A stretch of 64,000 nucleotides of DNA from Haliotis cracherodii (lineage: Eukaryota). A program made the translations under genes and the position numbers. The notes under the pieces are model-generated. The model worked only from the letters and a program-made list of their open reading frames with translations, did not search any database and was not told the origin of the DNA. Where the stretch lies: positions 13,206,001 through 13,270,000 of the forward strand of contig NW_027266264.1 in the NCBI RefSeq assembly GCF_022045235.1, given 5' to 3'. Of the stretch, positions 46,305 to 59,161 are shown piece by piece; the stretch's first letter is position 1, and each line of letters starts with the position of its first letter.

Positions 46305-47200
46305 CCACTGTGAAAGCTGCTGGACTCGTGAATATCCAATCAGCACAGCTATTGGAACTTGTGTGTCTAGACTACCTAAAGCTCGAGGACCCCAAGAGAG
46401 GTTATGAAAACATCCTTATCATTACAGACCACTTTACCCGTTATGCCATTGCCATCCCAACTCTCAACCAATCAGCCAAGACCACAGAGCAAGAGTACTA
46501 TTTGATAATTTCCTAGTACACTACGGATTTCCAGCTTAACTCCTTAGCGACCAAGGAAGACACTTTGAGGGGAATATCATCAAAGAGTTGTGCCAACTAA
46601 CTGGAATCAAGAAGACAAGAACGACGCCATATCATCCCCAAGGAAATGGTATGACGAAACGTTTTAATCACACTCTAATGAACATGTTGGGCACTCTGGA
46701 TGAAGAAAGGAAATCAGACTGGAAAACCTATATCTCACCTCTTGTACACTCGTACAATGCAACCCGGCATGAGAACACAGGATTCACCCCATTCTATCTC
46801 ATGTTTGGACGACATCCATGGCTCCCTATAGATGCTTTCCTGGGAACCATAGTTAGAGAAGGACAAGTGAATCGCTCCCAGTATGCTCAGAATCTAAGGA
46901 AACGACTGCGATTCGCCTACAACATTGCCTCCAAGGAAGCTTGGAAAGCAGGCCATCGCCACAAGCACCAGTATGACAAGAAGGCCAAGGAGTCCCCTCT
47001 TCAATCTGGTGACAGAGTTTTAATACGACTGGTTGGACTGACAGGAAGGAACAAACTCTCTGACAAGTAAGCCAGAGATGTCTACACGATTGTGAAACAG
47101 CCAAATTTGGATATCCCTGTCTACTGTGTGAAGCAAGAGAGTGGAAAAGGGACAATGAAGACTCTTCATCGCAATATGCTTCTGCCACTTCAATTTGTTT
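46305..47200 (+). pseudogene. Ty3/Gypsy integrase, 5'-truncated and decayed
   Basis: LVCLDY, ITDHFTRYA, LLSDQG..FE, TTPYHPQGNGMTKRFN (catalytic E->K), TGFTPFYLMFGR, TLHRNMLLP; contains stops and a frameshift. Confidence 0.92.
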
Positions 47201-48123
47201 CCCCTCCATCAGTCCCAACCAGAAACCACCCACAACAGAACTCTAGATGCAGCCAAAAATCAACTTCTCTTCAAGTGAAGGAATACCTTGCTGCTGAAGG
47301 AGCTTCTGACGAAGACAGTGAAGAGGGAATTGTACTGTTACCAAGACTTAGGAGTGAAGCAAGATCTAGAGCCCAGTCTGACATTCACGTGTCAGGCAAC
47401 GATCACACGTCCAGTGATCATCCAACTGAATATAGTTCTTCCTACAGTCTTACCAAGGATTCTCTTGCGTCTTCTGTGTCGGGTGGATACCCAGAGGACC
47501 ATTAGACCCAGCCAAAGATTCAAGAATCAGGTCCCTTGTACTCATCACCCGATGTTTTGCAAGATCCATCAGTAGCAGCTACATCACCTGATAGCATTTC
47601 CCATACAGGTTCTGCTCCAGATGGTTCGACCTACCAGTCGTATCCTAGTATATCTGAAGAACCTGTGGATGTTGCAGCCTCTCCTGTTAACATTGTTGGA
47701 TCTCCTCCAGCTCCATCCCAAACTGACTGTCCAAAGTCGGGGAGGCCTACCCGACGGAGAACATGTCCTTGCCTGGATGAGGAGCGAGGAGTGGGTTACC
47801 AACTTTGTTGTACCAACGAACAAGCCAGACGGAACAGACGAATAGCATCTTTGTATAGCATCATTTGATAGATTGTATATAGTTGTATTCAGCAGTTGTA
47901 GTTTGTATGTGTTGCTCAAGTTCTGTGTTTTGCCTGTGTTTTCATTCAATGGGAATAGCATCATTCAAACCTATGTTGTTCACTGTGTAAGTTAATCTGC
48001 ATAAGTTCCTCCGATGATTTCTCGTCTTTGGATCATTACCCAGCAACCCTTTTCCCAATGACTTCTTCTCACTGGTTCATCATTTTCAATGTTGGGGACA
48101 TCATTTTCTAAAAGGGGGGAATA

Positions 48124-49352
48124 TGTCGCCGGCCTTCTACTTTTATCCATCGTAAGGCCGCTCCTCCACTGTCTGCATGTAATGAGTTGTGCGTGCTACC
48201 CGTACCTGGCTTGACGCCTAATTCAGGGGCTTCTACCTGTGACGTCACGGAAATTTGAACGCACAGTCAATTGTCACCTGTCAGCCTGGTAGGTTTGGCC
48301 GACAGCACTCAACACTTTTCTCATGTTGACGTTTCATGTTACAGGTAAGCACTTCCCTTGTATATGCCTTCTACATCTATATCTTATTGCTAGTGTATCA
48401 ATTATATGGAATATATTACTTAATAACCAATCAAGTAATGTAACTTCAAGTTGGTAAATGGGCGGCCGGGTAGCCTAGTGGTAAAAGCGTTCGCTCGTCA
48501 CGTCGAAGACCCGGGTTCGATTCCCGACATGGGTACATTGTGTGAAGCCCATTTCTGGTGTCCCCCGCCGTGGCATTGCTGGAATATTGCTAAAAGCGGC
48601 GTAAAACCATACTCACTTACTCAAGTTGGTAAAGAATCGATCGCGTATATTGTAAACATCGCGCTATTCGCTATTACTAACTTAATCACTGCACTAGCAT
48701 AGCACGGCCGACAGCACTCAACACTTTTCTCATGTTGACGTTTCATGTTACAGGCAAATAAATATTTGTCTGGGACGACTAGAAGCCTGAACCTGCGACA
48801 AATAAAATACATTGTGCTGTACAGACCTACATAGCATGCTGTGACAGCGCACTGCATTATTGAAACGGCTGAAGAAATGCATATGTAGCCTAGTTTTAGA
48901 CTTTGCACTTGTTTTGTGTACAGATGTGATGGCGAGGTTAGGATAACCTGACACACATGAGCATTTATAGCCATGTTAACCTGTACTAGTTGACTGCCAA
49001 GGTTGAACCACGGACTTGTAATTATATAGGTCCGTGGTTGAACTCATTCATGTGTGGAAAATGTTGTCGAGGCATCTGTACATCTTCTTCGTCGAAATGC
49101 ATTATTAATGTACATCAAGATGAGGCATCATATACATTCATATATATTTGTTGAGCACGAAACCATGAAGTGTAGCAAGGAACTATGGGCGGCCATGTAG
49201 CTTCAAAATCTTATATCACTGAACTTTGGTCAAGGTGTATTCAGTAAACAAAGATCTGAGGGGCTGTATTTCCTTCATCGAACACACGCTGCGTTCATCA
49301 CAGTTTGTGACCTTCTAATCTAATTGGGAATCATGCAGTTGTTAGGCTTACA
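48124..49352 (+). mobile_element. 3' LTR of the Gypsy element
   Basis: Polypurine tract AAAAGGGGGGAA at 48110-48121, then TGTCGCC...GGCTTACA imperfect terminal inverted repeats. The right boundary is inferred because no second LTR is available. Confidence 0.65.
48459..48620 (+). mobile_element. SINE family A inserted in the LTR
   Basis: A box TAGCCTAGTGG, B box GGTTCGATTCC; 13-bp TSD TCAAGTTGGTAAA at 48446-48458 and 48621-48633. Confidence 0.93.
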
Positions 49353-49354
49353 GA

Positions 49355-49700
49355 AGTAGTTGTGCACAGCGCTCCAGGACCGCTCCTGGCTTCTGATTGG
49401 TCTGTGACGTCACATCCGGTCACGTGACCTGCACATGCGCGCAGGGCATGCTGGGAGTTGCGCGCGCATCTAAGATGGCGTCGCATCCGTTTCCGGTGTC
49501 GTGCGCCTTCAAGATGGGGTCTCATCCGTTTCCGGTGGCGTGCTCACCTCCAAGATGGCGTCGCCTCCGTTTCCGATGTCGTGCGCCTCCAAGAGGGCGT
49601 TGCCTCCGTTTTTCCGGTGGCGCGCGCACCTCCAAGAGGGCGTCGCTTCCGTGTCACGTGGTGCGCGCACCTCCAAGAGGGCGTTGCCTCCGTTTTCCGG
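49355..49700 (+). promoter_or_regulatory. CpG-rich motif cluster with ~6 x 39-43 bp repeats; possible Polinton/Maverick terminus
   Basis: Starts AGTAGT. Contains CCAAT, CRE, GTCACGTGAC, NRF1-like, ZNF143-like, and repeated YY1 (AAGATGGCG) and ETS (TTTCCGG) motifs. Confidence 0.45.
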
Positions 49701-50259
49701 GGGAGGAGCAGGAGGAGGAGGAGGGAAGGGGTAAAAAAAAACACAGAGAAGCGGTCGTAAAATGTGAACAAGATCGCCATGGTTGATGTGGGTGTGGTGG
49801 TTCTAAACATAGACAAGGCGGTGGTAGTGAAGGGAGGAGGGAGGGTGGTAGTGGTAAAGGGAGGGAGGGAGGAGGTGGGAAGGGAGTCGGGTTCTTTGTT
49901 TTGTTTTGTTTTAGTGGGTGTGTGGCGATGGCATGTGGAGATGATAGCTCACTGAGACGAGCTTATCATACACAGTCGACGACTCTGCCACTTTGTTGCT
50001 AGGTTGACGTCATATCGGCGAAGGATCTTGCAACAACATTCCACAAATCATGTCATCGGGTATGGTGATGTGTTTGTCAACTTTGAGGTGTAAGGTTTCG
50101 TTTCACAAGGCGGTCGTGTATTGTAGCCCACTATGACAGCCGTTCGTCTAAGTTAAAAGTCGGTGAGTGGCGAATTTAAAGGTGCTAAAGGTGTTGGCTG
50201 AATTCTAAAGGTGAATCGACAGGCACAGACATGAACGTGATGTAAGTATATGCCTACGT

Positions 50260-51385
50260 ACTGTCATTCGTGTCTCCATGCAAACAGGGTGCCACGCGTG
50301 ACGACAAACAGACGTTGACGTTGATCCATAGGATGATTATTACTATGAATTATACCGAGGAGTTGGCTCTCGTGTAGGATGACATGTGTACTGTCACACG
50401 TGTCTTCATGTACACGTCATGTACTTCGTGTTGCCATGCAAACGCGGTGACACGCGTGACTACAAACACATGTTTATCCTTAGGATGATGACGTTGTCAT
50501 TCGTTCATGATCATTTATGCCGAGGTGCTGGCACTCGTGTAGGTTGACATGCGTACTGTCACGCGTGTCTTCATGTACGCGTACTGTCATTCGTGTCTCC
50601 ATGCAAGCATGGTGCCACGCATGACGACAAACACACGTTTATCCATTAGATTACATAGGATGATGACGTTGTCATTCGATCGTTCATTTATACCGAGGTG
50701 CTAGCACTCGTGTATGTTGACATGCGTACTGTCACGCGTGTCTCCATGCAAACGTGATGTACTTCATGTCTTCAAACACACATGGTGTACTACGTCTCTC
50801 CATGTAAACGTGATGTACTTCATGTCTCCATGCAAAACGTAGTGTCATGTGTGTGTCTTCAAACAGACGTTGATCCATAGGATTATGACGTTGTCACTTG
50901 TTTATTTATACCGAGGAGTTGGCTCTCGTGAAGGTCTACATACGTACTGTCACGTGTATCTCCATGCAAACGTCATGTACTTCGTGTTACCATGCAAACG
51001 TGGTGCCACGCGTGACTACAAACACGTGTTTATCCTTAGGATGATGACGTTGTCATTCGTTCATCCATGCCGAGGAGTTGGCACTCGTGTATGTCTACAT
51101 ATCTGTTACCATTTGTGTTTCCATGCAAACGTCATGTACTACGTGTTTCCATGCAAACGTGATGCCATGCGTGACTACAAACAGACGTTTATCCATAGGA
51201 TTATTATTTATACCGAGGAGTTGGCACTTGTGTATGTTTGCATGTGTACTGTCACACGTGTCTGCAAACAGACGTGGTGTACTTCGTGTCTTCAAACACA
51301 CATGCTGTACTACGTGCCTCCATGCAAACGTGATGAACCAAGTCTCTCCATGTAAACGTGGTGCCACGCGTGTCTTCAAACACGT
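50260..51385. repeat. Complex satellite array (CCATGCAAACGTG core), left arm
   Basis: Degenerate tandem units; the inverted copy is at 53880-55092. Confidence 0.9.
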
Positions 51386-51584
51386 CAGACAGTTGCATCG
51401 AGGCGACATGGTTGATCTCTCCTTCAGTGCTCGGACTGTGACTATGTGCGTGGCTTCGCTTGTTTTGTAGGAGAAGCACTGAAACCCTGCTTCCTGATTG
51501 GTCGAAAACGCAGCACGCTGATTGGTTCGTTCCGGCGCCTGGTCTCGGATCTTTTTTTTCCAAACCGGAAATACCCTTGTGATG

Positions 51585-52603
51585 GATGTACAGTCAGTCT
51601 GTCTTACAGTGGTGTACATTCAGTCTTACAGGGTTGCATGGTCAATATTACATGGGGTGTACACTTAGTCTTACAGGGATGTACACTCAGTCTTACAGTG
51701 GTGTACACTCAGTCTTACAGGGTTGTACACTTAGCCTGACAGTGGTGTACAGTCACTCTTACAGACTTGTACAGTCTGTCTTACGGGGTTGTAAAATCAT
51801 TCTTAAGGGTTCTACAATCATTCTTAAGGGTTCTACAGTTCTTACAGGGGGGTTGTACAGTCAACCTTACAGTGGTGTACACGTAGTCGTACAGGGTTGT
51901 ACATTCAATCTTACAGTGGTGTACACTTAGTCTTACAGGGTTGTGCACTCAGTCTTACAGGGTTGTACAGTCAGTCTTACAGGGTTGCATGGTCAATATT
52001 AAATGGGGTGAACAGTCAGTCTGACAGAGTTTTACAGTCTGTCTTGCAGAGTTGTACAGTCAATCTAAAGGAGTTGTACAGTCAGTCTTACTGTGGTGTA
52101 CAGTTAGTCTTACAGTGATGTACACTCAGCCTTAAAGGGTGTACAGTCAGTCTTACAGTGGTGTACACTTAGTCTTACAGGGTTGTAAGTCAATCTTACA
52201 GCGGTGTACAGGTTGTCTTACAGGGTTGCACAGTCAATCGTACAGTGGTGTACACTTAGTCTTACAGGGTTGTGCACTCAGTCTTACAGGGTTGTACAGT
52301 CAGTCTTACATGGGTAGACAGTCAATCTTACAGGGGTGTACGGTCATTCTAAAGGGTTGGACAGTTAGTCTCACAGGGTTGTACATTCAATCTTACAGGG
52401 TTGCATGGTCCATATTAAATGGGGTCTTACAGTGATGTACACTCAGCCTTAAAAGGTGTACAGTCAGTCTTACAGTGGTGTACACTTAGTCTTACAGGGA
52501 TGTACACTCAGTCTTACAGTGGTGTACAGTCAGTTTTACGGTGTTGTACGGCCTGCCTTACGGGGTTGTAAAATCATTCTTAAGGACAGTACATTCAGTC
52601 TTA
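51585..52603 (+). repeat. 21-22-bp minisatellite (CAGTCAGTCTTACAGGGTTGTA)n
   Basis: Directly visible. Confidence 0.95.
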
Positions 52604-52829
52604 CTTCCTAACTGATAATATAACAGTAAGGAAGTACGTATATCATCAAATAGGAAGTACGTATGGCAATGTCGAATGAGGGAACCCCTCTCGATGGCTT
52701 CCATGAACCAATTCGTGGCCTATCTCATTAAATCAAATCTTAGTTTTCGCTACTGATTGGTAAAACTCTGAGGACATCCCAGTTACGGCCACGTCAGAAC
52801 GACCTTTCATCCGACCAATCAGAATGTCG

Positions 52830-53632
52830 GTAAGACTGAGTGTACACCCCTGTAAGACTGACTGTACACCCCTGTAAGACAGACGTATATCCCTTATGGC
52901 TGACTGTACAACTCTGTAAGACTGACTGTGCACCCCTTAAGACTGACTTACATCATACAAGGTTGACTGTACATCCATGTAAGACTGACTGTACACCCAT
53001 GCAAGACTGTCTGTGCAACTCTGTAAGACTGACTGTACACTCATGTTAGACTGACTGTACATCCCTGTAAGGTTGACTGTACACCCATGTAAGGCTGACT
53101 GTACATCCATATTGATTTCAACATAGTTATAAAACTGATTGCTCACTGATGTACGACTGACAGTACGCTCGGGTAATACTGCCGGTAACCTTGTACGATT
53201 GAATAAACTTACATCAACTGACTGTACACCCCTTAAGACTCACTGCACAACTCTGTAAGACTGAATGTACACTCATGTGCAAGACTGAGTGTACAACCCT
53301 GTAAGACTAAATGTACACCACAGTAATACTGATTGTACACCACTGTAAGACTGACTATACAAGTTCTTAAGATTGACTGTACAGCCCTGTAAGACAGACT
53401 GTACTGTCCTTAGGAATGATTTTACAACCCCGTAAGACTGACTGTACAACTCTGTAAGAGTGACTGTACACCACTGTCAGGCTAAGTGTACAACCCTGTA
53501 AGACTGAGTGTACACCGCTGTAAGACTGAGTGTACACCCCTGTAAGGCTGAGTGTACACCCCATGTAATATTGACCATGCAACCTTGTAAGACTGAATGT
53601 ACACCACTGTAAGACAGACTGACTGTACATCC
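52830..53632 (-). repeat. Same minisatellite in inverted orientation (TAAGACTGACTGTACACCCCTG)n
   Basis: Reverse complement of the 51585-52603 units. Confidence 0.95.
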
Positions 53633-53879
53633 ATCACAAGGGTATTTCCGGTTTGGAAAAAAAAGATCCGAGACCAGGCGCCGGAACGAATCAATCAGCG
53701 TGCTGCGTTTTTCGACCAATCAGGAAGCAGGGTTTCAGTGCCTCTCCTACAAAACAAGAGCGAAGCCACGCACAGTGCACACCATCTCACCCAAAAGAAC
53801 GCTTTTCATCCTTTGCTTTGTCAACCCAAACAACAATCCAAAACAAAGAACCCACACCCTCCCTAGTCCTCTTGGAGGA

Positions 53880-55092
53880 ACACGTCTATGCGTGACACCA
53901 CCATGGTACATCTCAAAATAAAATATGTATGTATGTATGGTTGTGTACACGAGTGGCATCACGTTTGCCTGGAGACAGGAATCAAACACCACGAATGTCT
54001 ATCGATCAGTAACGTCTGTTTGAAGACACGCATGACACCACGTTTGCATGGAGACACGCGTGACACTACTTTCGCATCGCGACACGAAGTACATCACGTT
54101 TGCAAACGTCACGCATTTATATCGATCTACACTTCTAGTAACGGGTTTGTAGTCACGCGTGGCACAACGTTTTGCATGGAGACACGCATGACACCAAGTT
54201 TGCATGGAGATACGAAGTACATCACGTTTAATGGAGACACGCGTGACAGTACACATGTAGACATACACGAGTACCAACTCCTCAGCAGGGATGAGTGAGT
54301 GACAACGTCATCATCCCATGGATAAATGTTTGAAGACACGCGTGGCACCACGTTTACATGGAGAGACTTTGTACATCACGTTTGCATGGAGGCACGTAGT
54401 ACAGCATGTGTGTTTGAAGACACGAAGTACACCACGTCTGTTTGCAGACACGTGTGACAGTACACATGCAAACATACACAAGTGCCAACTCCTCGGTATA
54501 AATAATAATCCTATGGATAAACGTCTGTTTGTAGTCACGCATGGCATCACGTTTGCATGGAAACACGTAGTACATGACGTTTGCATGGAAACACAAATGG
54601 TAACAGATATGTAGACATACACGAGTGCCAACTCCTCGGCATGGATGAACGAATGACAACGTCATCATCCTAAGGATAAACATGTGTTTGTAGTCACGCG
54701 TGGCACCACGTTTGCATGGTAACACGAAGTACATGACGTTTTACATGGAGATACACGTGACAGTACGTATGTAGACCTTCACGAGAGCCAACTCCTCGGT
54801 ATAAATAAACGAGTTACAACGTCATAATCCTATGGATCAACGTCTGTTTGAAGACACACACATGACACTACGTTTTGCATGGAGACATGAAGTACATCAC
54901 GTTTACATGGAGAGACGTAGTACACCATGTGTGTTTGAAGACATGAAGTACATCACGTTTGCATGGAGACACGCGTGACAGTACGCATGTCAACATACAC
55001 GAGTGCTAGCACCTCGGTATAAATGAACGATCGAGTGACAACGTCATCATCCTACGTAGTCTAATGGATAAACGGGTGTTTGTCGTCACGCG
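53880..55092. repeat. Complex satellite array, right (inverted) arm
   Basis: 54327-55092 is the near-exact reverse complement of 50618-51382. Confidence 0.9.
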
Positions 55093-55270
55093 CGATTTCT
55101 GTGATGAGTGAAGAACTGTATGTGTGTGTGCACGTGCGTGCNNNNNNNNNNNNNNNNNNNNNNNNNNNNNNNNNNNNNNNNNNNNNNNNNNNNNNNNNNN
55201 NNNNNNNNNNNNNNNNNNNNNNNNNNNNNNNNNNNNNNNNNNNNNNNNNNNNNNNNNNNNNNNNNNNNNN

Positions 55271-55931
55271 CACAATGACTTCAAGTGTAAAGTGTTCATT
55301 TCCGGGTGGTGCAAAATTGACAGCAAATCGCTACGTGAATCAAATTCAAATTCTTCAACCTCACCTTTTTCCAATCATTGACCGCCAGAGGGAGCTGTCT
55401 CAACAGGAAAACGCTCTACCGCACATAGCTCGTGTCACGCGAGACTACCTTCATAATGCCAACTTCAACGACTTGCCCTGGCCGTCGAGATATCCAGATC
55501 TTAACCCAACTGAACTCCTCTTGGATGAACTCGGTCGACGTGTACGTCAACGTCAGAACACGCCACAGACACTCCCACAACTGGCCAACGCGTTACAAGC
55601 AGAATGGCGCAGAATTCCGCAGGACAGTATTCGTACACTTATCCAGTCAGTGCCGAGGGGATGCAGAGCCGTGATTGCTGCCCGGGGCGGTCACACGAGA
55701 TACTGAGATACACGAGATACAGTGCAATCTTGTGGCCTTATGTGACATGACAATGAACATTTCCAATGCCTTTGTACAACGACAACATGTGACTATCGAG
55801 CACCAAAATTTCATATTTTTATCTATGATATTAAATTAAATATATCGACTTTATTGGGTACAAAAAAATTACAAAAAAATTACTAAATTTACTAAAAATC
55901 TATCTGTGCGTTTCTTTTTTTGAAGAGTGTA
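55271..55931 (+). mobile_element. Tc1/mariner transposon 3' part with right terminus
   Basis: QQENALPH, WPSRYPDLNPTE, GGHTRY* (ends 55706). Ends ...TTTTTGAAGAGTG followed by TA (55930-55931). Confidence 0.85.
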
Positions 55932-55939
55932 TGTGTTAC

Positions 55940-56175
55940 AACCGTAAAAGGCGACTATGTTTGTCGTAAAAGGCGTTCTGGTGGCCAGTCGCGCTGACTT
56001 GGTTGATGCATGTCATCGTATCCCAACTACGTGGATCGATGCTCATGATGTCAATCACTGGATTATCTGGTCCAGACTCGATTATTTACAGACCGCCGCC
56101 ATACAGCTGGAATATTCCTGAGTGCGGGGTTAAACAAACAAACAAACAAACAAACAAACAAACAAACAAACAAAC
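55940..56175 (+). mobile_element. SINE family C with (AAAC)n tail
   Basis: CCGTAAAAGGCGACTA...GGAATATTCCTGAGTGCGGGGTTAAACAAAC. Confidence 0.85.
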
Positions 56176-57856
56176 ATGTGAGTTGGTGATAAATGGCTCA
56201 CATCAACACTACTCACACTACCACTGGTGAGTCTTGGTAGATCACTGTTATACGCTTTATTACAAAACAAAGTTAATAAATATTCCTTTATTAGATTATT
56301 TGCAACCGTCTGGTTTTACCAACGTCCGAATCATGCCGGAAAATAACTTTCCATATATTACGGGCGTTTTGTTACGCACATACACATGTTGATACAATAG
56401 TTGGTCAGATTACATTTATTTATTTTTCCTGGAGAAAGTATTAAGTATCAATAAATAAACCAACTCATTTATGTCGTGGTAGCCCTGAGTATTATTATCA
56501 GATTATTCTGAAATATTTTAGATGCCAATAATATTCTTACTTCATCGCATGGCTTCGCACGAGGCAAGTTAAACGCTCAAATGAATCAATGACAGGTCAT
56601 GCTGCGTCCCAACATATGCGATTAAAAGATCTATATGTAAAATTTAGCTTTGGTTACTTTGATTGATTTGTATGTTTCATAATGTCCCGGACTTTTAGGG
56701 TGGTAATCGCACGCGTGTATAACACAAAGATAAACATACAACATTGAAGCAAAATAGTGCATGCTAAAGAGATGTTCTCGTACATGAAAATATATGACGC
56801 CAAATGACAGAATAATCCTATTCGAATATCTGCCGAAGTAGTTTTAGTTGGACGTAAAATGCAAAATAGTGATGAACATATATATGAATGGATAACTGAA
56901 AATCAGTAAAGACATGTATCATTAACCCAGACCTCGGATACCTGCAAAGTGTGTTAGTTTGTTTTGTTTGTTGTTTTACGCCGCACTCAGCAATATTCCA
57001 GCTATATGACGGCGGTCTGTAAATAATCGAGTCTGGACCAGATAATCCAGTGATTCTTTCTTATTTTATTCATTTAATTTTTGGAACTAATATGTAAAGT
57101 AAAGTTTTAAACGGTAGCGAGTTGAAAAGACAACTTGCGTTTTCGATTGATTTACCTTGTAGGATAAAGTTATGTACAAGGCATTGCGTCCTGGAATTAT
57201 TTGATTATGAGAATACCAAAACGACGTGATCGTGTCAGAAGAACTGTAGCTTTAGTAATATATATGTTTGGTAATTCAAGGGCACAATTTCATAGACAAA
57301 TATATGCCTCAGATGATTCCCAGATATTATGAATTCCTTATTGTACATTTTCCTTTCTTAGAAAGGGTGAACAGAGGAAGAAATAATTAAGAGTTGTATT
57401 ATATTGCGTGTCATGTTGTTTCCCCGAGGACATTACTTGTGCTTCATATTTTTTTGGTAGTTTGTTGTTTGACACCGCACTCGGTAATAATCCAGCTATA
57501 TGACAGCGGTATGTAAGTAATCGAAGCTGGACCACACAATCCAGTGATGGAGATCATGAGCATCGATCTACGTAGTTGGGATGATATGACATGCTTCAAC
57601 AAAAACCCGTTAGTCGCCTTTTACGTGTAACATAGTCGCCTTTTACGGCAAGCTTATTTTGCTGAAAACCTATTTTACCCGGATTTCTTCACATATGAGT
57701 TAGTATATGCTTCTTTCAGTTGGTCATACTTTAGATCTCGTTACAAGTACCAATAGTCAGGTTCCAGAATATCACATTTGAGGCATGTGAAAAACGAAAT
57801 GTGTCACTACAAGCAATCATATTTGCGTTTTATTTCAGGTGATCACCAAATCCAAT

Positions 57857-59161
57857 ATGGCCTCAAGGTCGCCAGTCATCTTCTCAGACACGACACATTT
57901 CGACAGCGACACGACAGCGGAAGTGAAGTCATCATTAAACATCAGCGATGAGGAGAAGAACCGTTATCTATCCCACCTTGACGACTCGATGTTTCCCTTG
58001 AGGATACCAGCCGTGGTATATCTTGCCATCCTAATGGTTCTGGGTATTTTCGGAAATATTCTTGTGTTGATCGTGTACCTTAAGAAATTCAAACCAAGCC
58101 CAACCCGTGTGTTTGTGGTGTGTCTGGCTGTGTTTGACCTCATGACATGCGTCATTTCAATCCCAGGGGAAATCCTGGGCATGAGGTACAGTCACACGTT
58201 CGACTACCCAGCCGTGTGTAAAATGATACGATTCAATAGCACATTTTCCGTAGTGTCCTCAGGATTCACGCTCATAGCTGTTGCTATAGACAGATACAGG
58301 AAGATATGTCGGCCTTTGAACAAACAGATCACCATCAGAGTCGCGCGCATCATGGTTGGGATCGCTGTGTCCGTATCACTAGTCCTCACCATCCCGACAG
58401 TTATAGTCTACGGCAGGAAAACGGTCAAAACAGACAAAGAGGAAATAACAGGCTTCGAGTGTTCCTTTGATGACGGGTGGCGCGGTACTCTGTTCCCCGT
58501 GGTCTATATAGGAGTCCTATTCCTCATCTTCTTCGGTTCTCTGAGTGTCCTGGTGGTTAACTACATCCTCATTGGCAGGACTGTGTTTAATCACCGGAGA
58601 TTTAAATTCCGTCCGGCAAAGGATAAGGAACATCATTCTTCGAATTACGCAACCGAGACGTCATTTAAAGATGGAACTGAGAATGGGATCGCCTTCCGTA
58701 AAATATCGTCACCCACAGCTACTTGCACTGTTTCCAATACAAATAATGGGACGCTTGGTTTTGACGGTTCGTCTGAGACAAGTTGTACATGTATGAATGA
58801 CACCTCAGCACAACCCAAGACGCGTGAAGAAGACAATTCCTCGAAAAGTGTGAGATCCATAACAAATAATGATGCAAAACCCAAAGAAAAATCAAGGCCC
58901 AGAGCATTGAAAACAACGCTTATGTTGTTTATCATCACAGCGGTGTTCATCATCAGTTTCTTACCTCATCTGATCCTGTTGATAACTCGATTTATCAAAT
59001 CCGACTTTCTGGACTCTTTACAAGGAGCAGGATTCATGTTGTATAATGTATTCCTACGCTCATACTTCATACAGAGTGCAGTTAACTGCATTGTGTACAG
59101 TTTCTGCAATGAAAGATTCAGAAATGAGTGGAGGAAACTACTCGTTTCTAGTTGTCGTTGA
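57857..59161 (+). CDS. Class A GPCR tandem copy D (type I, 434 aa)
   Basis: Intact ORF; acceptor ends at 57838; IDRY instead of IERY; many private ICL3 substitutions. Confidence 0.93.
   Translation: MASRSPVIFSDTTHFDSDTTAEVKSSLNISDEEKNRYLSHLDDSMFPLRIPAVVYLAILMVLGIFGNILVLIVYLKKFKPSPTRVFVVCLAVFDLMTCVISIPGEILGMRYSHTFDYPAVCKMIRFNSTFSVVSSGFTLIAVAIDRYRKICRPLNKQITIRVARIMVGIAVSVSLVLTIPTVIVYGRKTVKTDKEEITGFECSFDDGWRGTLFPVVYIGVLFLIFFGSLSVLVVNYILIGRTVFNHRRFKFRPAKDKEHHSSNYATETSFKDGTENGIAFRKISSPTATCTVSNTNNGTLGFDGSSETSCTCMNDTSAQPKTREEDNSSKSVRSITNNDAKPKEKSRPRALKTTLMLFIITAVFIISFLPHLILLITRFIKSDFLDSLQGAGFMLYNVFLRSYFIQSAVNCIVYSFCNERFRNEWRKLLVSSCR

Noticed and set aside
48459-48530. tRNA gene candidates (also 8100-8169, 1652-1760, 36190-36266)
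   Set aside because: These are SINE heads: they continue into SINE bodies and tails, often with TSDs, and lack a pol III terminator after the acceptor stem.
50849-54734. Many 70-170 aa ORFs in the satellite palindrome and in 49331-49955
   Set aside because: Translations of tandem repeats in several overlapping frames, with no recognisable domains.
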